Shown here piece after piece: positions 28,723 to 42,025 of a DNA stretch of 64,000 bases. This DNA comes from Intoshia linei. Lineage: Eukaryota > Animalia > Orthonectida. Every line of letters begins with the position of its first letter. The first letter of the stretch is position 1. Both the position numbers and the translations under genes were made by a program. The notes under the pieces were generated by a model. That model had not been told where the DNA came from. It saw only the letters and a program-made list of their open reading frames with translations, and searched no databases. Location of the stretch: positions 12,682-76,681 of the forward strand of contig LWCA01000027.1 in NCBI GenBank assembly GCA_001642005.1, written 5' to 3'.

Positions 28723-31461
28723 ATGATTAGTAATCAACTGGCTGATTTGCTCATGTGCGGTATATGTCTAAATAAAGTAGAATCCCCAAAATCATTAGTT
28801 TGTTTGCATTCTTTTTGCCACGATTGTTTGCGAAATTTATTTCTGCACAACAAGAGCATTAAAAAATGTCCAGTTTGCAGCCATGCAATCGACATTACTT
28901 TGGAAGCTCATGTTGAGGAATTGCCAAATGATTTCAAGATTGAACAGATCCAAGATATATTGAATAAATCTCTTACACTCGAGCATTATTGTGATCTCTG
29001 TAAATTTTTCCCTGATCAGACTTTGATGGCTACAAAATTGGTGAAACATGAATCCTTTTCAAATACAATTTTTTATAATTCGGGGCTATTTCCAAACCGG
29101 AAACGTAAATGCAGTAAATCCGAGTCCGACATTCATTGTAAAGACGCCAAAGACAATAAATATGCATTTGTGTATTGTTCACAATGTGAAATATACATTT
29201 GCATACGATGCAAAGACAAGTACCATGACAGTCTTAACCATTTTACAGACCATACAATAATTTCCATTTTTTCTGACAAGGCTGATATTGCCTCCAGGTC
29301 AAAGTCTCTGCCAGTTTTTGATTACTGTGCCCTGCATCAAATGTCGAATAAATTTTATTGTGAAAAATGTAGAATAAAACTATGCGTCGTTTGCTACATG
29401 CTGGTTCATGATCATTCTAATCACACGGACCACGTTATTGATATTTGTAATTCAGAAAAATTGGAAAAAAGAATTGATTTTTTTACTTATTCCATTTCTT
29501 CAAACTTGGAAGAATTTCAAAGTGATTTTCATTCAAATATGACAAATTGGGTTTTCCAGTTTGATAGCTTGCAAATTGAAAATGTTAAATCTAGTATCGG
29601 AAAGAGGTGTACTACGATTCATAAAGATTTGTGTCAAATTGAGAATAGAATGACTCAATTTGTCGAAAATTTGGCAAAAAAACTTTACGAATCTCATATA
29701 CATACCCAGCTTTCCAAAATGAAAAAAATAATAACTGTAAATCTTTTACCAACTAATAAGGACCAATTTCATGCAATCCTTTCAAACACTGAAAATGATG
29801 TTAAATCAACATCTCCTTCTTATTCTGAAAACTCTTTTAATAAAATTTTCGTACACTCATTCTTCAACCAAATTAAATTGTATTTGAACCAGCAAACCCG
29901 CGGATTTGAAGGTTACCAAAACTTGTTACTCCTGCACGAATCAATAGATACTATTTACTCTTCGATTCATAATAGTGACATAAACATTGACCTTGAAACA
30001 GATAATGATGTAGATTGTTCCAAACTCGTTAAAACATGGAAAATGGATGAAAGTTTACAATTTAATGAAGATTACTCTGTCATAAATTGCCCTCAATTGA
30101 ATCACCTCGTAAATTTTTCAATTTCTGATTTGGCTCAAAGCACATACATTTCTTCTCTAGAAAAAACAATTGGGTTCATTTACCAATTACATTCAAATCC
30201 TAATCCCACTGAACCCTGTAAGAATAAATTAGCGGCTGAAGATGTAAATTTAATAACTAATAATTTCAATAATTTGAACAAGGGGAAATTAAAAAGAAAA
30301 TGCAACAAATTGAAATCAGTATTTAGCCCCAAAAAAAAGGTTACCGATATAATGATGTCACTGTCACCAAAACCAATTTCTTTCAAAACAAATATATCCA
30401 CCAATTTTGAGGAAACTATATCATCTCTTAAACTCAGAGAAAGCGATAAAAATAATAATAGATCTTTTAGATATATTGGTTTTTTCGACATAAAATACTC
30501 TCATTTTCAACATTTTGATGTTCGACAAACAGAAGGATCAATTAAAAAAAAGTTGACCTATTTAACCGCCACAGGTGATTCTTCAATGTTTGTGGGTAGA
30601 GAAAAGTACCAAATTTTCGAATCCGACTGTAAATTTAAATGTGATGACGATATATTCAAAAATATAACGTCTTTGTCTCTTGTGTGTATTAATGTGCGAA
30701 ATTTTGTTTGGAAAGAAAAAATTTTTCTAGTAATTGATGCAAATTCTGGATTAACTTACCGTATAATTTTTGAAACTGAAAATTTCAAAAAAGAATTATT
30801 TACCTATCGCCACACGTCGGCCTATTTTGCGTTTGATTTATGCTTGGACGTGGACGCTTCTCACGTGTATATAACTGACTACGAAAATAATTCACTAATG
30901 AAGTACGACATGGACGGAAATGTAATATTTTCCAAAAAGTCGTTTAATAGCGGCACTCAAACTGTATCTCTTAAAAGACCCACCTTTGTGACAACAGACT
31001 ATTCCAACAATGTCTACATTAGCGACACGGGAAACTCGTCTATTAAAGTAATTGGAGCGGATGGGAATCTAAAAACAATTATTGGTAAGCATATTTTACG
31101 TATGCCTCTAGGAATAGAAATTTTACAATTGTCCAAAAACACTATGCAAAAATCTAACCAAATTGGTCTTTTTCAGCCTGAAATTTTCATCTTCACAGTA
31201 GACAATATACTAAAAACTGTTTTTGTATTCAATATTTGCGGTAATGTTCTTAAAAAAATAGACATGTCTTTCAAGATTGAATCACCCATAGATCTTTCAG
31301 TAGACATGAAACTGAAAAAATTGTACATTCTTCAAAGTTCTCTTTCAGATGTTTTGACCAGTTTATGCCAGCAATTGATGCAAGAAAATGTTGACGATAA
31401 ATCTCAGCGTTGTCCCAAAGTTCGACCTAAAATTAGTTTTTGGGATATCATTTTTGAATAA
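28723..31461 (+). CDS. Intronless TRIM-NHL-like E3 ubiquitin ligase (RING, two B-boxes, coiled coil, NHL-like repeats)
   Basis: RING CGIC..CLHSFCHDC..CPVC. B-box1 CDLC...CSQC..CIRC..H..H. B-box2 CALH..FYCEKC..CVVC..H..H. NHL repeat RPTFVTTDYSNNVYISDTGNSSIKV. First ATG at 28723. Confidence 0.9.
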   Translation: MISNQLADLLMCGICLNKVESPKSLVCLHSFCHDCLRNLFLHNKSIKKCPVCSHAIDITLEAHVEELPNDFKIEQIQDILNKSLTLEHYCDLCKFFPDQTLMATKLVKHESFSNTIFYNSGLFPNRKRKCSKSESDIHCKDAKDNKYAFVYCSQCEIYICIRCKDKYHDSLNHFTDHTIISIFSDKADIASRSKSLPVFDYCALHQMSNKFYCEKCRIKLCVVCYMLVHDHSNHTDHVIDICNSEKLEKRIDFFTYSISSNLEEFQSDFHSNMTNWVFQFDSLQIENVKSSIGKRCTTIHKDLCQIENRMTQFVENLAKKLYESHIHTQLSKMKKIITVNLLPTNKDQFHAILSNTENDVKSTSPSYSENSFNKIFVHSFFNQIKLYLNQQTRGFEGYQNLLLLHESIDTIYSSIHNSDINIDLETDNDVDCSKLVKTWKMDESLQFNEDYSVINCPQLNHLVNFSISDLAQSTYISSLEKTIGFIYQLHSNPNPTEPCKNKLAAEDVNLITNNFNNLNKGKLKRKCNKLKSVFSPKKKVTDIMMSLSPKPISFKTNISTNFEETISSLKLRESDKNNNRSFRYIGFFDIKYSHFQHFDVRQTEGSIKKKLTYLTATGDSSMFVGREKYQIFESDCKFKCDDDIFKNITSLSLVCINVRNFVWKEKIFLVIDANSGLTYRIIFETENFKKELFTYRHTSAYFAFDLCLDVDASHVYITDYENNSLMKYDMDGNVIFSKKSFNSGTQTVSLKRPTFVTTDYSNNVYISDTGNSSIKVIGADGNLKTIIGKHILRMPLGIEILQLSKNTMQKSNQIGLFQPEIFIFTVDNILKTVFVFNICGNVLKKIDMSFKIESPIDLSVDMKLKKLYILQSSLSDVLTSLCQQLMQENVDDKSQRCPKVRPKISFWDIIFE

Positions 31462-31590
31462 TGTTTGATAACATTTTATAAAAACTTGTACATTTATACA
31501 AAAATAAACCATTGACAATATGTTGCTAATTATTTATCTAATAAAGTATCGAATAAGTACTTTTTGTATTTTATTTATGCACAAGTGATT

Positions 31591-34500
31591 ATGGGCAATA
31601 TTCATAACAAGGATGGCAGTCAAAAATTGTTTTCAGGTTCGTCCAAAAAAAGACAGTCTTTAAATGTACAAAATACTAGAATTAATTCAGAGGTAATATG
31701 TATGTGTTTCATATTCATGTTTATAGAATTCCAGACTTAGTGCGAGTGATGGATTGAAACCTTTTGATTCGCGGTATATTGCGCCTACTGTAAATGTTAC
31801 TAGAACTAAATTTCCAACCGTCATCAAATGGAATAATGTTAATGCTACTTCAATCACGATTTCTGGTAGTTTTGATAATTGGAAGTCTTATATTCCTCTC
31901 AGTAAAAGGTATTTATTTGGAATTTGATTATTTTCTTTATTTTTTTCATGTAGTTCGGACAATTTTTATACCATTCTTGAACTAACTGAAGGGCAACATG
32001 AATTCAAATTTAATGTCGATGGAGTTTGGAAAGTTACTGATGACTTTGTAAGTTTTCATGTTTGATATTTTTAATCCTCATACACTTGCAGTCAGTACTA
32101 AGTCAAGGTTTGTCAATATGACCATGTCGTCACCAAGAGTCCTAAAACTTTAATTTAATATAACAAAATTATACAAATTGTCTATTGATTTATTATTTCT
32201 ATAGTTCTTTTTATAATTAATTACCATTATAATTGAGAAAATATCAAATTTTATTAATTAATTAATGTATATTTATTTCATCCATCCAGGGTAAATATAA
32301 TTATAATTCAATTATAAATTATACCACGTATAGTATTATAGTCATTAGGTAAATAAAGAAATACAATGTACCTAAAAATTATATTTGATTTCGACATTTA
32401 ACACTTTTTTAATAATAATTGTATTACTTATTTCACTCTTGGTATACGTCAATTAAAATTTATTAATTTTTTACTAAAATTTTGAAGTATATGTCACTTT
32501 AAAGCAGTGTTTCTACAACCTTTTTTATTGCGCGGAACCCTTTTGAAATTTAAAAAAATCGCGGCACCTATCAGCATGATCAAAATTTTTTTTGGCATGT
32601 CGCATACATAAAACAATTTGATTTTTATTTAAAAATATAATAACACACGGAATTTAGCCGGTAAAACCAGTTTTCTCCCTCACACTACGAAAAAGCATCC
32701 AGGCCCGTGAGAGATAACGTTTTAGTGAAATATCATTATAAAGAGATAAGTAACTTATTATAATTATTTCAAGAGAATTGGGCCCGTAAAAACCCACCTT
32801 CTTTACAATATTTCTCATAAAGATAATCTGAATTATTATTACTTTTTAACATCATTTTTCAGGTTCCCATACTCACAACGTATAATACTTTTATTAAAAC
32901 TTATTTGATTTAAATTTGAGAAATGATGTTGTTTCATTGCATACAACAGTAATTTAGAAAACTTTAAATTGAAAAATATCGCATTTATATTTCACGGAAC
33001 CCCTGGGTTCCGCGGAACGCGGGTGAAAACCACTACTTTAAAGAGTGAAAATTATCTTGAGGTCAGCGACCTCAGGTAACAGAATGTAGTGACAAGACAG
33101 TGGTTCGCCAACACTGACATATACAATATAATTCAATAATTTTTAGAAAACAATCAAAACAAGCGAAGGGATAATTAACAACATTATAAATATAAAATCT
33201 TCAGATTGCGAAGTTTTTGAAGCTTTAGCCTTGGATGCTGAAGGCAGAGCAACGTGTAAATTTAATTATATTTCTAATCGTCTATAATTTACAGTTTAGC
33301 TTCATCTGATACTCCCGAAGGAGAATACACTAGAGAATTTCCATCAAAATACAAAAAATCTTTTTTAGCGTCACCACCGGCACTGCCACCATATTTGACT
33401 AATCCTCTATTGAATCAGACAGTATCACCAAGCGTATGATATACTGGTTGCATTTATATATGATTTATAGAGCGAACCATGTTTATTACCTCAACCAAGC
33501 ACTGTCATGTTGAATCATTTATATGCTCTTTCGATTAGGGTAATTTATTATTGTAAATTGTCTCAATTTGGGTCTGCATTTTGTGATAAGTTTAGAAAAT
33601 TATGTGTTCATAAATTATATTTATTTACTAAGTTGACTGTTATGTACTACGTACAAATAGCACCTAGCTCTGCCAAGGGGGACATTTTTAATTTTACCAA
33701 AAAAATAAATTCAATAAGAAAATCTAACTTAAAATGTTTCTATTCATAAATGCTACATATTATCAATCATTTAAAGGAGTGGTTAAATCCCAAACTTTTT
33801 TCACCACGAACCGGTTATTTCACATAATCTTTTAATTTAAATACAAACATTTATAAAATATTGGAGATAATATATTAAAAATTATTTTTGACTGAGAATT
33901 CGTAGACTTCTGTCGCTTAAAATTTTTCTTTAGATCAATTGGAATAAACTGTATCAGAATATTTTTTTTTAAATTATAGGATTATTAGATCATTTTTGGA
34001 ATTAGGAATATGTCAATTTTTGAGATTGAATTTTTTTGTAATTTAATTTAATTTTAACTGAAAATTATTTAGCTGTGATTTTTTTAAAAATTCTAGGACT
34101 TCATTTTTTTAAAGTTTTTGAGGTTACAATTTATGATAATGCATGATTTTAAAAACATCCCAGAACTTATGTTTTATAAAATTATGACTTTATGTTTAAA
34201 AAAAGGGTAAATGTATGGTTTTTACCATAAAAATGTAAATTTCTGAGGTTGAGATGTACGACAATACTAATGATGTTAAAACGCGTTCATTATATTTTTA
34301 TTAAATTCTGGGACCGATCTTATTTTTAAAAAAAATATAATTTGTGTTTTTAAATTGTAGAATTTTTAATTAAGCGGTAACACACACATCCAATTTTACA
34401 TAAGTAAAGGACAATGTGAGTAATATCACTGAATATTGTGCGCAAATTGAGATCCAAGTGAGAGGCATGCTGTTTAAACGTTAAAAATGTATGTACCATG

Positions 34501-34615
34501 TATCTAATTTTATTAATAAATTTAGAGAGACGCTGTAGTTCTTAGCAAAACACATCGATATAAACGAAAATACATCACCACCATTTTATATAGACCTCTA
34601 GTTAAATACGAATAA
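31591..34615 (+). CDS. PRKAB: 5'-AMP-activated protein kinase subunit beta
   Basis: Myristoylation-type start MGN. CBM PTVIKW..ISGSFDNWK..GQHEFKFNVDGVW, PPALPPYL, LPQPSTVMLNHLYALSIR, THRYKRKYITTILYRP. About 8 exons. Confidence 0.95.
32505..33035. mobile_element. hAT (Buster/Charlie-like) MITE
   Basis: TIR cagtgtttct...gaaaaccacta. Identical 8-bp TSD ctttaaag (32497-32504, 33036-33043). Confidence 0.85.
33628..34330 (-). mobile_element. Helitron-like family copy including the 3' hairpin end
   Basis: agttgactgttatgtactacgtacaaatagcacc is the reverse complement of the 3' end at 56685-56721. Downstream blocks match the family body. Confidence 0.65.
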
Positions 34616-34655
34616 ATGTTGTAAAATAAAATATTAAGTTTATTGTTGATCAGTG

Positions 34656-37600
34656 ATGCGCAGAATGTATTTATCCTTAACTATTTTAATTATAATTTAT
34701 TGTTTTGTTTCTTCGAATGGTAAGTAGACACTAAATATGTTCTTAATGAAACTTAAAATTTTTATTAGAAAAATGCACTGTTCCAATAGAATTTCAAGGA
34801 GATTGGTATTCAAACAGCCAGGGCAAGGATTACAACATACTATTGAATGATAAGGAATTGATAGAAGAAAATGAGTTTGTAGGAAGATGCATAGATATAA
34901 AAACCTTTAATACAACTCTTAAAAGAAACTACCGATTGTACTACATTCACTTGCTTTTCAAAAACGTGTTTGTCTTTTTTTTTATCAGATGTACATTTCT
35001 TTAGCAAAAATCAATGTCGTAAATGTTTTCAAATGTACTATAGAACACAAAATGTTATACAATATAAACAATGTAAGATCTTTTTATCGATAAAAATTAA
35101 TATATTAGATAATTCCTAGGGTTTATGGTATATATTTAGTAATATGAAATACATTTCCTACAACAGGTCATCGTTTTTAGACGTCCACCCTCAATATACA
35201 AGGTTCAAATCTCCTGACCCCTGGAAAATAACTATTTGTAAATGATTAAATATGTTCATACCAAAAAATTACATTTTTCATAGACGCATGGGACTTTGAC
35301 AATCCTAAATTAAGTAAGTATTGTTTTGAATGTTATTATTAACATTATTAAATTTTTGTTTTATTACAGATTTCCTGAAATTTTCCCCTTGAGAATAGCG
35401 GGTGTATGCCGCTTTTTATTGCATATGCAGTGCATAAATAATTTATACATGTAAACATTGTACCTTTTTTAGCATCCATTGAGTGTTCCTCACATTCGGC
35501 TTCACTTGACGATATTTGCAGTACAATTTACAACACAACAGAAATATTTACTTTATTCAGTAACATTTTTAAAATGCATAATTAAAAAAAGGTAAAACCC
35601 AAAAAACTGTAAGCTGCCGATCGACATTCGACGGAATTTACCGATTTAAATATGAGGTGGATATCGGTGGAGGTGGAATTTGCGATAATCCAGCTTCTAA
35701 ATTAGTTGCTTGTCAAAGACCCGGAAGTTTTTATCTGGATAATCAAATTTTTAAAATGCATTTTGCTCCATGCATACAAGTTAGTACGTCAAAAAACGAA
35801 AGTATATTTTTTCTATGATAAATTTAACTAATTATACTTCTAGTTGTTCGATACGAATGTCTTGGTTCTTGGAGAGATGAAAATAATGATATTTACTTCG
35901 CAGTGGCAGACTTGAGAAGGGAGATTTTTAGAGAAAGATTTCATTGCTTGGTACGTAAAAATTGCAAACCTATTATTCAAAATAATTGGAATTCATTTTT
36001 ATCACCCAATAAACCTGATTTAGGGATACCTTGGTTTTTTGTTCGAATCGTAATATGTGTTGTCATTTACATGTTTGTGTCAACTGAATCCCCATTTTTC
36101 GGTACTAAATTTTAAAGATGTTAGAGTAGTAATTATACTATTGGTCAAGAATAATTAAAATTATGAGTTTATGACTGAAAATGACCCATACTTTTAAATA
36201 TTAAAAGTAAAAACTGGTCTACACGTTTATAAAATTACAGTATACTAGAAAACCCGCGACGACCAAGAACGTAATGATAATTGGATAAGGTATACCATGT
36301 CACGATGGGCCGATTGCTCAACCTTAAAATCGTATTTTAATGGAGATATCAAGCTACAATTATTACCTGGAGGTAAATGAGTTTGATTCTTTTAAAAATT
36401 TGAATAGTTATGATGAATGAACAACGGTTCACTGCAACATGCAACCTCCCGCATAATTTTAGTGGAACTTGGTTTTGGAATACTCAGTTTGACACAAAAG
36501 TGGTTATAAACTCTACTCACATTTATTATAAAGCAAAAATTGATGAATTTACTTACAGAGAAACATACTATACGTGCTTAATAACACGGGATTCTAGATA
36601 CCTGATGACTGAAGTTACTGTAGGACGATGGTATATCTAAGCTATATTATAAATTATTATTTTAGTGAAATTAATTACATTTGTTTCGATTTCCTAAAGA
36701 GACATCATAATATCATTAGATGGAGAATGGGTATTTAAAATTAATATTTTGTATGAAATACACCGGACACTTATTTTGACAACAGACACTTTTGTAATAA
36801 TTGGGGCAAGTTTCTTTCTGATCTATAATCTAACTTTTTGGACCTACATCTTTTTAATTCCACAACGGTTCCGAAACGTATTTAGACCATTTTTTATTAA
36901 ATAATTTCTCAAAAAAAAGTGTATTTACATTTATACTATTTATAGGATATTGCTTTTTTGATCATGAAGGTTTAATTTTGATACATTGAATCTTTTCATT
37001 CATTAAATGATATCTTTTTTTAAATTTTGGGATTTAGTTTTTTTCAATTTTATAAATCAATCTGTAGTTTTGAACATAAAGATTTAAGTTTTTGAAATTG
37101 AAATTTATATAATGTTCATGGTTTTAAAATTAGTATCAGAATATAGATTTTAAAATATTCTAGGTCTCGATCGATTAAAAAATGGATAATTGGGGTTATT
37201 TTATCCTGCAAAACTCAATTTCTAAAATTAAATTTGCGATAAAAACTAATACTCGAAAACTGTTTTTTAAAAATTGGTGTTTTTAAACTCTACACGTCTT
37301 AATTTTGTAAATAAACTGGAACAAACAAAATTAAAATTCTATTCTGGAACCCTCTTTAAAATATAATATAAAAAAATCCCTAAAACTTTTAAACCATGTT
37401 TAAAATATGGTACAAAAAAATCTCTAAAACCAACCTTAATATTTGATACAAAAGAATGTCCCTAAGATCCAGGTTTTTCATCATAGGATTTAGTAAAATC
37501 GAGTTTTTAAAAAAAAATATAGGAAAAAGACGATTTTTTAATTGAGGGTTGTTAAAATTTAATAATTGTTTTATTTTGGGTTTTGGATTAGGAAGTTGTT

Positions 37601-40299
37601 GCTCATAAGATTTAGTAAAATTGGATTTTTCAAAATAATATTGGAAAAAAAGGATATTTCTCTTAAGCGTTGGTAATATTGAAGTTTTTCTTATAAGATT
37701 TGGTAAAATCGTGTTTTTCAAAAAATATTGAAAAAATGGTGTTTCCATTAAATATTGGTAAAATTGTATTTTTTATTTTGTGGTTTGATTAAGTAAATTT
37801 TTTTCATAAGGTTTCGTAAAATCGGATTTTTCAAAAAAATACCGGTAAAAGTCCATTTTTCCCTGAGGGCTTGAAATTATATTTTTTATTTAATTTTATT
37901 AACGGTGGGATAAAAGGGGGATTTTTGAAATAATAATGTAGCCGTCGTCTAGGCTTTGGGATAATCAACATTTAGAAATCTCTAATAAATATTTAAAATT
38001 AACCTATGAACATAAACAAAAGTTGATCAAAATTTTTCTATATTTAATTTGAATTTCACGGACCCAGGCATATAATTTCGGAACCCAATCGGGAATCACT
38101 GTTTTAATGTATATGTTACCGTCCGTTTGGAGTTTCAGTCATTATGAAGAATTTTCTTTAATTTTAAATTTTTTCAATATCTATCATTCAAAAATACACT
38201 TTTACGAACTCTTATGGTAAAAATCCACATGACCTTAAAAAAACTAAAATAAAACAGTTGGATTTTTCTGAATAACAATTTTGATTGAACTTTACAATCA
38301 TCAAATATTAAAAAGATTATAAAACGAGAAATAACAAGAGCACCTAGAAAACAAAGAAACAAGAGAAATTATGATAACGAGAGAAGTAGACTAGACGACA
38401 AATGAAAATTTTTAAATTTACCCATAATTAGGAATGTATTTCAGAAATTATTATTTTCTTAAGATTTGGATAAAAGGGGATTTTTTCCTTAAGGGTTGGT
38501 AAACGTGGATTTTTGAATGATGGAAAAATAAAATAAAATAAAAGTTAAATTTCAATTTTAAAATAATGTAAAACTTTTAAAACCTGTATTAATGATTAAC
38601 TTATTGTCGTAATAATTTCACTGTAACAATGCTTGATTCCTTACATATATAAAGTAACTAGCTTGGCTGTTTGGTACTATATCAAATGGAATAAACTATA
38701 TCAGAATAATCTTTTTTTTAATTTTCGGACCATTAATTATTTCATATTTTTTGTTTTAATAAAATATTTCGGAAAAAAAAATATGTAAATACTAAAATAC
38801 TTTTTTGACCGTGAAGGTGTCACTTATTCAGATTTAAATTTTTTGGATGTGTTAACAGGATACAACTGCGCCACTTGTAAATTTTTCTAAATTCTAGGGC
38901 AGTTTTCATTAAAAAAAATGGTAATTTGTGGTTTTGCCCCTGAAGACATATTTTTTTTAAGTTTAAATTTATGATTTTAAAATCCGTATCAGAGTGTATA
39001 TTTTTTAAATTCTTTAACTCGTTTGATTTTTAAAAAAAATGACAATTATGCTTTTTGACCAATAACAAGTGTCAAGCTAGTGTGAGTATGTAATTGCGTG
39101 TCATAAATTGAATATTTTTTATTGCTTATTCTCAGCAAAACTTAATTTGTTCACTTTAAAAAGATAACGATATTTGAAGTTGTGAATTTTAAGCTTCAAA
39201 AATAAAATTTTTGGCTTTTATTTTCGAAAATCAGCATTGTCTCTTAAGGGTTAATGCGAATTTAAAAATTAAAGTACAAAAAATGTTGATGTTGTTGAAA
39301 TTGTAGACACAGTGTAATAATATAAATAAAATTTTCTAGGACGACCGTTAAGATTAAGAGAAAACAATGAATTGAGCAATTACGAATTTATGGCTAAAAA
39401 ATTTAGAGAATCGTGTGACTGGACAATGTTTACGTATGATCGTCAAAATGTGCAATGGAAATACAATGTTTATTTTTGTAATTTTAATTACCTTAATAAA
39501 ATCATTGAACCATGACCTTATTTGAGGTATCTCAAAAATATTAATGTGGATAAATTTTTGTTTCCGTTATTTGGAAAGTTTGACCATTTTTTAATTCTGT
39601 GGTCCAAATTTAGTCAGTATAAAGGGATATATTTTAACTATATCTGATATAAATGTATAAATTATTTTATAAGTGAACCCTCCAAAACCGATTGACTGTC
39701 CCATTGCTGGTAGATACACTTTTATACAATTTGGTAATAAAGAAGAAATGATACAAACCAGAATTCCGGGAATGACACCAAAACCAAGACATCATACAAA
39801 CTGTAAAATACACGAATCAGAATTAAAGGTGTGCCGAGACGACACAAAATCAATGCTGCTCGATGCTGACTATTGTATGTCACTAGATCACAATGCTAAG
39901 CAGATAGATGAATACGGTATTCAACTGTATGTTATGATAATTTTTTTAATAGATAGGGTCGACAATAAATTGATGTGCGTGGGTTACTGGATGGAAGGAA
40001 TGAAATCACATTTAATTACATATGATTTGGATGACGTAGTTTCCAAATTTCGTTGTTGGATATATGAACGTACAAACTGGAGAACTATTGTAATGTCTCG
40101 ATCCACACGTGCAGTATGCAATGAAATTCAGACATCTAAATCGAGGTATCCAAATGAGGGTGCCAGTTTACTTTTAAAACTACACGAAGCTGAAAGAATC
40201 AACGACGAATGCCCACAAGTCTACGTGGATGGAAAAAATCCATATGAATCAATTTATCAAGTCAAATCTTTAAAAGGACAAAACATGACAAATGTATAA
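34656..40299 (+). CDS. Cysteine-rich secreted protein of an invertebrate family of unknown function (resembles DUF7042/7043/7044-type repeats)
   Basis: Signal peptide MRRMYLSLTILIIIYCFVSS. Repeated modules CTVPIEFQGDW, GIYRFKYE..GICDNP.S....C, YECLGSW, CNLPHNFSGTW, PIDCPIAGRY, LMCVGYW, FRCWIYE. About 11 exons joined in frame. The family assignment is from memory of motifs, not a search. Confidence 0.8.
38658..39050 (-). mobile_element. Helitron-like family copy
   Basis: Starts ctagcttggctgtttggtacta (reverse complement of the CTAG 3' end). Body is the reverse complement of ~56100-56430 and ~7500-7790. Confidence 0.7.
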
Positions 40300-40301
40300 G
40301 A

Positions 40302-41429
40302 TTATATTTTAATTTGTTGTACATGAAGAAATTCTTGAACATAATTACTTTTGTTTGTCTTTGGTTCACAAGATTTTGTGCAAGTGTAAACAGATAAAAT
40401 TCCCCAGTCTAATTCGTTGTCGGCGGGTAGTTCAATATAGTTTAGAAGTTGCGGCATAACCTAAACATTTTAAAAACGATAATAATGATTTACTTGAAAT
40501 TCAAAAACTCGATTAGCTCCGCAATTAGTGCAATGTGGAATATCCTCTTTTAAAATTTTATTTTTACCTGAAATCCACAATGGTGTCGCTCCTCTATCAT
40601 ATCGAATAATCTATAATTCACGTTTGTATTGTTGACATTGAAATAGATTCATATAACTTACCTGGTCGGGGTATTTGTGAATAGATTTACGAAATTTGTA
40701 AAATACAATATCCTTGATACTATTTTCATAAGTATCGGTAAATTCATTAAACGGTTCAGCAGGTAACTGCGAATCAATTGATAGTGTTTCTAGAGAAGGT
40801 GGAAGTAAATCTGATACTTGATGTGTAAATAAAGATTCGTTTTTTTTAATTATAATCGGTTCTGGACTATAAATAGAAATTTGAAATTCTGGCCAACATT
40901 GGGATTTTTTAGGGGAATTTCCACATTTACAGTGGTCTTTGTGTACTGGCCAGTCTGATATTTGGTGAAATTTGCTACAGTAAAATGTCATGCACTTTGA
41001 ACACTTTTTGTCGGCTGAAACACCACAAGCTACGCAAATATTTGCAACTTTAGATACAGTTTCAAAGTATGGATTATCAGTTTGAAAAAAATTTAATGTA
41101 TGAATTTCGTTTTTTTCAGGCATTTGACAACGAATTATGAAAAAATTTCTATTGTCGCACTTTTTTGATCCACACACAAAAATGTATAGTGTTCTATGAA
41201 ACGCATGCACAATGTTCTTTATGGGAGCGTATATTTGCAATAGAAATTTTAAAGGTTTTTCGCAAGTTCCAGTACATGTTGGTATTTCACACAAGTTTTT
41301 AAAGTCCAACCAGTGAGGAAAGCCACCAATTTTAGAATCTAAATATGTTTGCTCATTAATTTCAAATGTATCTAGGTTTTCTTTTTCACGTGAATTTATG
41401 AATCCCAGCAATAATGAATTTTGTTTCAT
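40302..41429 (-). CDS. PDCD2: Programmed cell death protein 2 (PDCD2/Zfrp8), MYND finger plus PDCD2_C
   Basis: SKIGGFPHWL, FLLQIYAP, FHRTLYIFVC, MYND CVAC..CSKC..YCSKFHQISDW..HK.HC, RYDRGATPLWIS, FEFQVMPQLLN, LDWGILSVYTCTKSC. Three exons. Confidence 0.95.
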
Positions 41430-42025
41430 ATTTGAGTGATATATAATTCGTTGTCAAAGACAATTATGGGTTCATGCAAGTGTAATGAAAAAAGGAAATA
41501 TTTAAATCGTTTCCAACCTTTCCAGTCTGCGATTTAACCGGTAAAACTGTAAGAATATTTGTATGGGCCATATAATTATTAAATTATAGTTTCACAACAG
41601 GTTCACTAATTGTTTCCCGTTTCGTAACAATTTGGCGTAATTTTGTTAATTAATGTATAAAATTTTGTACATTTTCTTCGCATGCGAACATTCAGTTGTG
41701 CGATGTATTGTTATAGCGACAAAATCATATATTTTTCTAATTAATCATTGATTTTTTGACCAAAATTTGATAGGGTTTTTAAGGGAAATTTTTTACCCAA
41801 TTTTAAAAATTTCGAATAGACATTTGGTAGGGTTTTGAAGGAATATTTTTAACATTTTAATGGATCTTCAAATTCCTTAAAAATTGGGTAAAAAAATGTT
41901 CCTTATAAACTCTTCAAAATCTATAAAAATGGGCTGAAAAAATTTTCCTAAAAAAACCCACAAAAATTTCGTGAAAAAAACAATATGATAAATTAATAAA
42001 ATCGATGATAATATCGCTCTATAGT

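Noticed and set aside
33058-33074. Palindrome tgaggtcagcgacctca resembling an IR1 nuclear-receptor element in an AMPK beta intron
   Set aside because: Single imperfect match beside a transposon end, with no independent support.
37389-37748. 119-aa minus-strand ORF with repeated NxILPNL motifs
   Set aside because: It is a translation of the internal tandem subrepeats of the MITE family also at 25830-26240. Not a credible gene.
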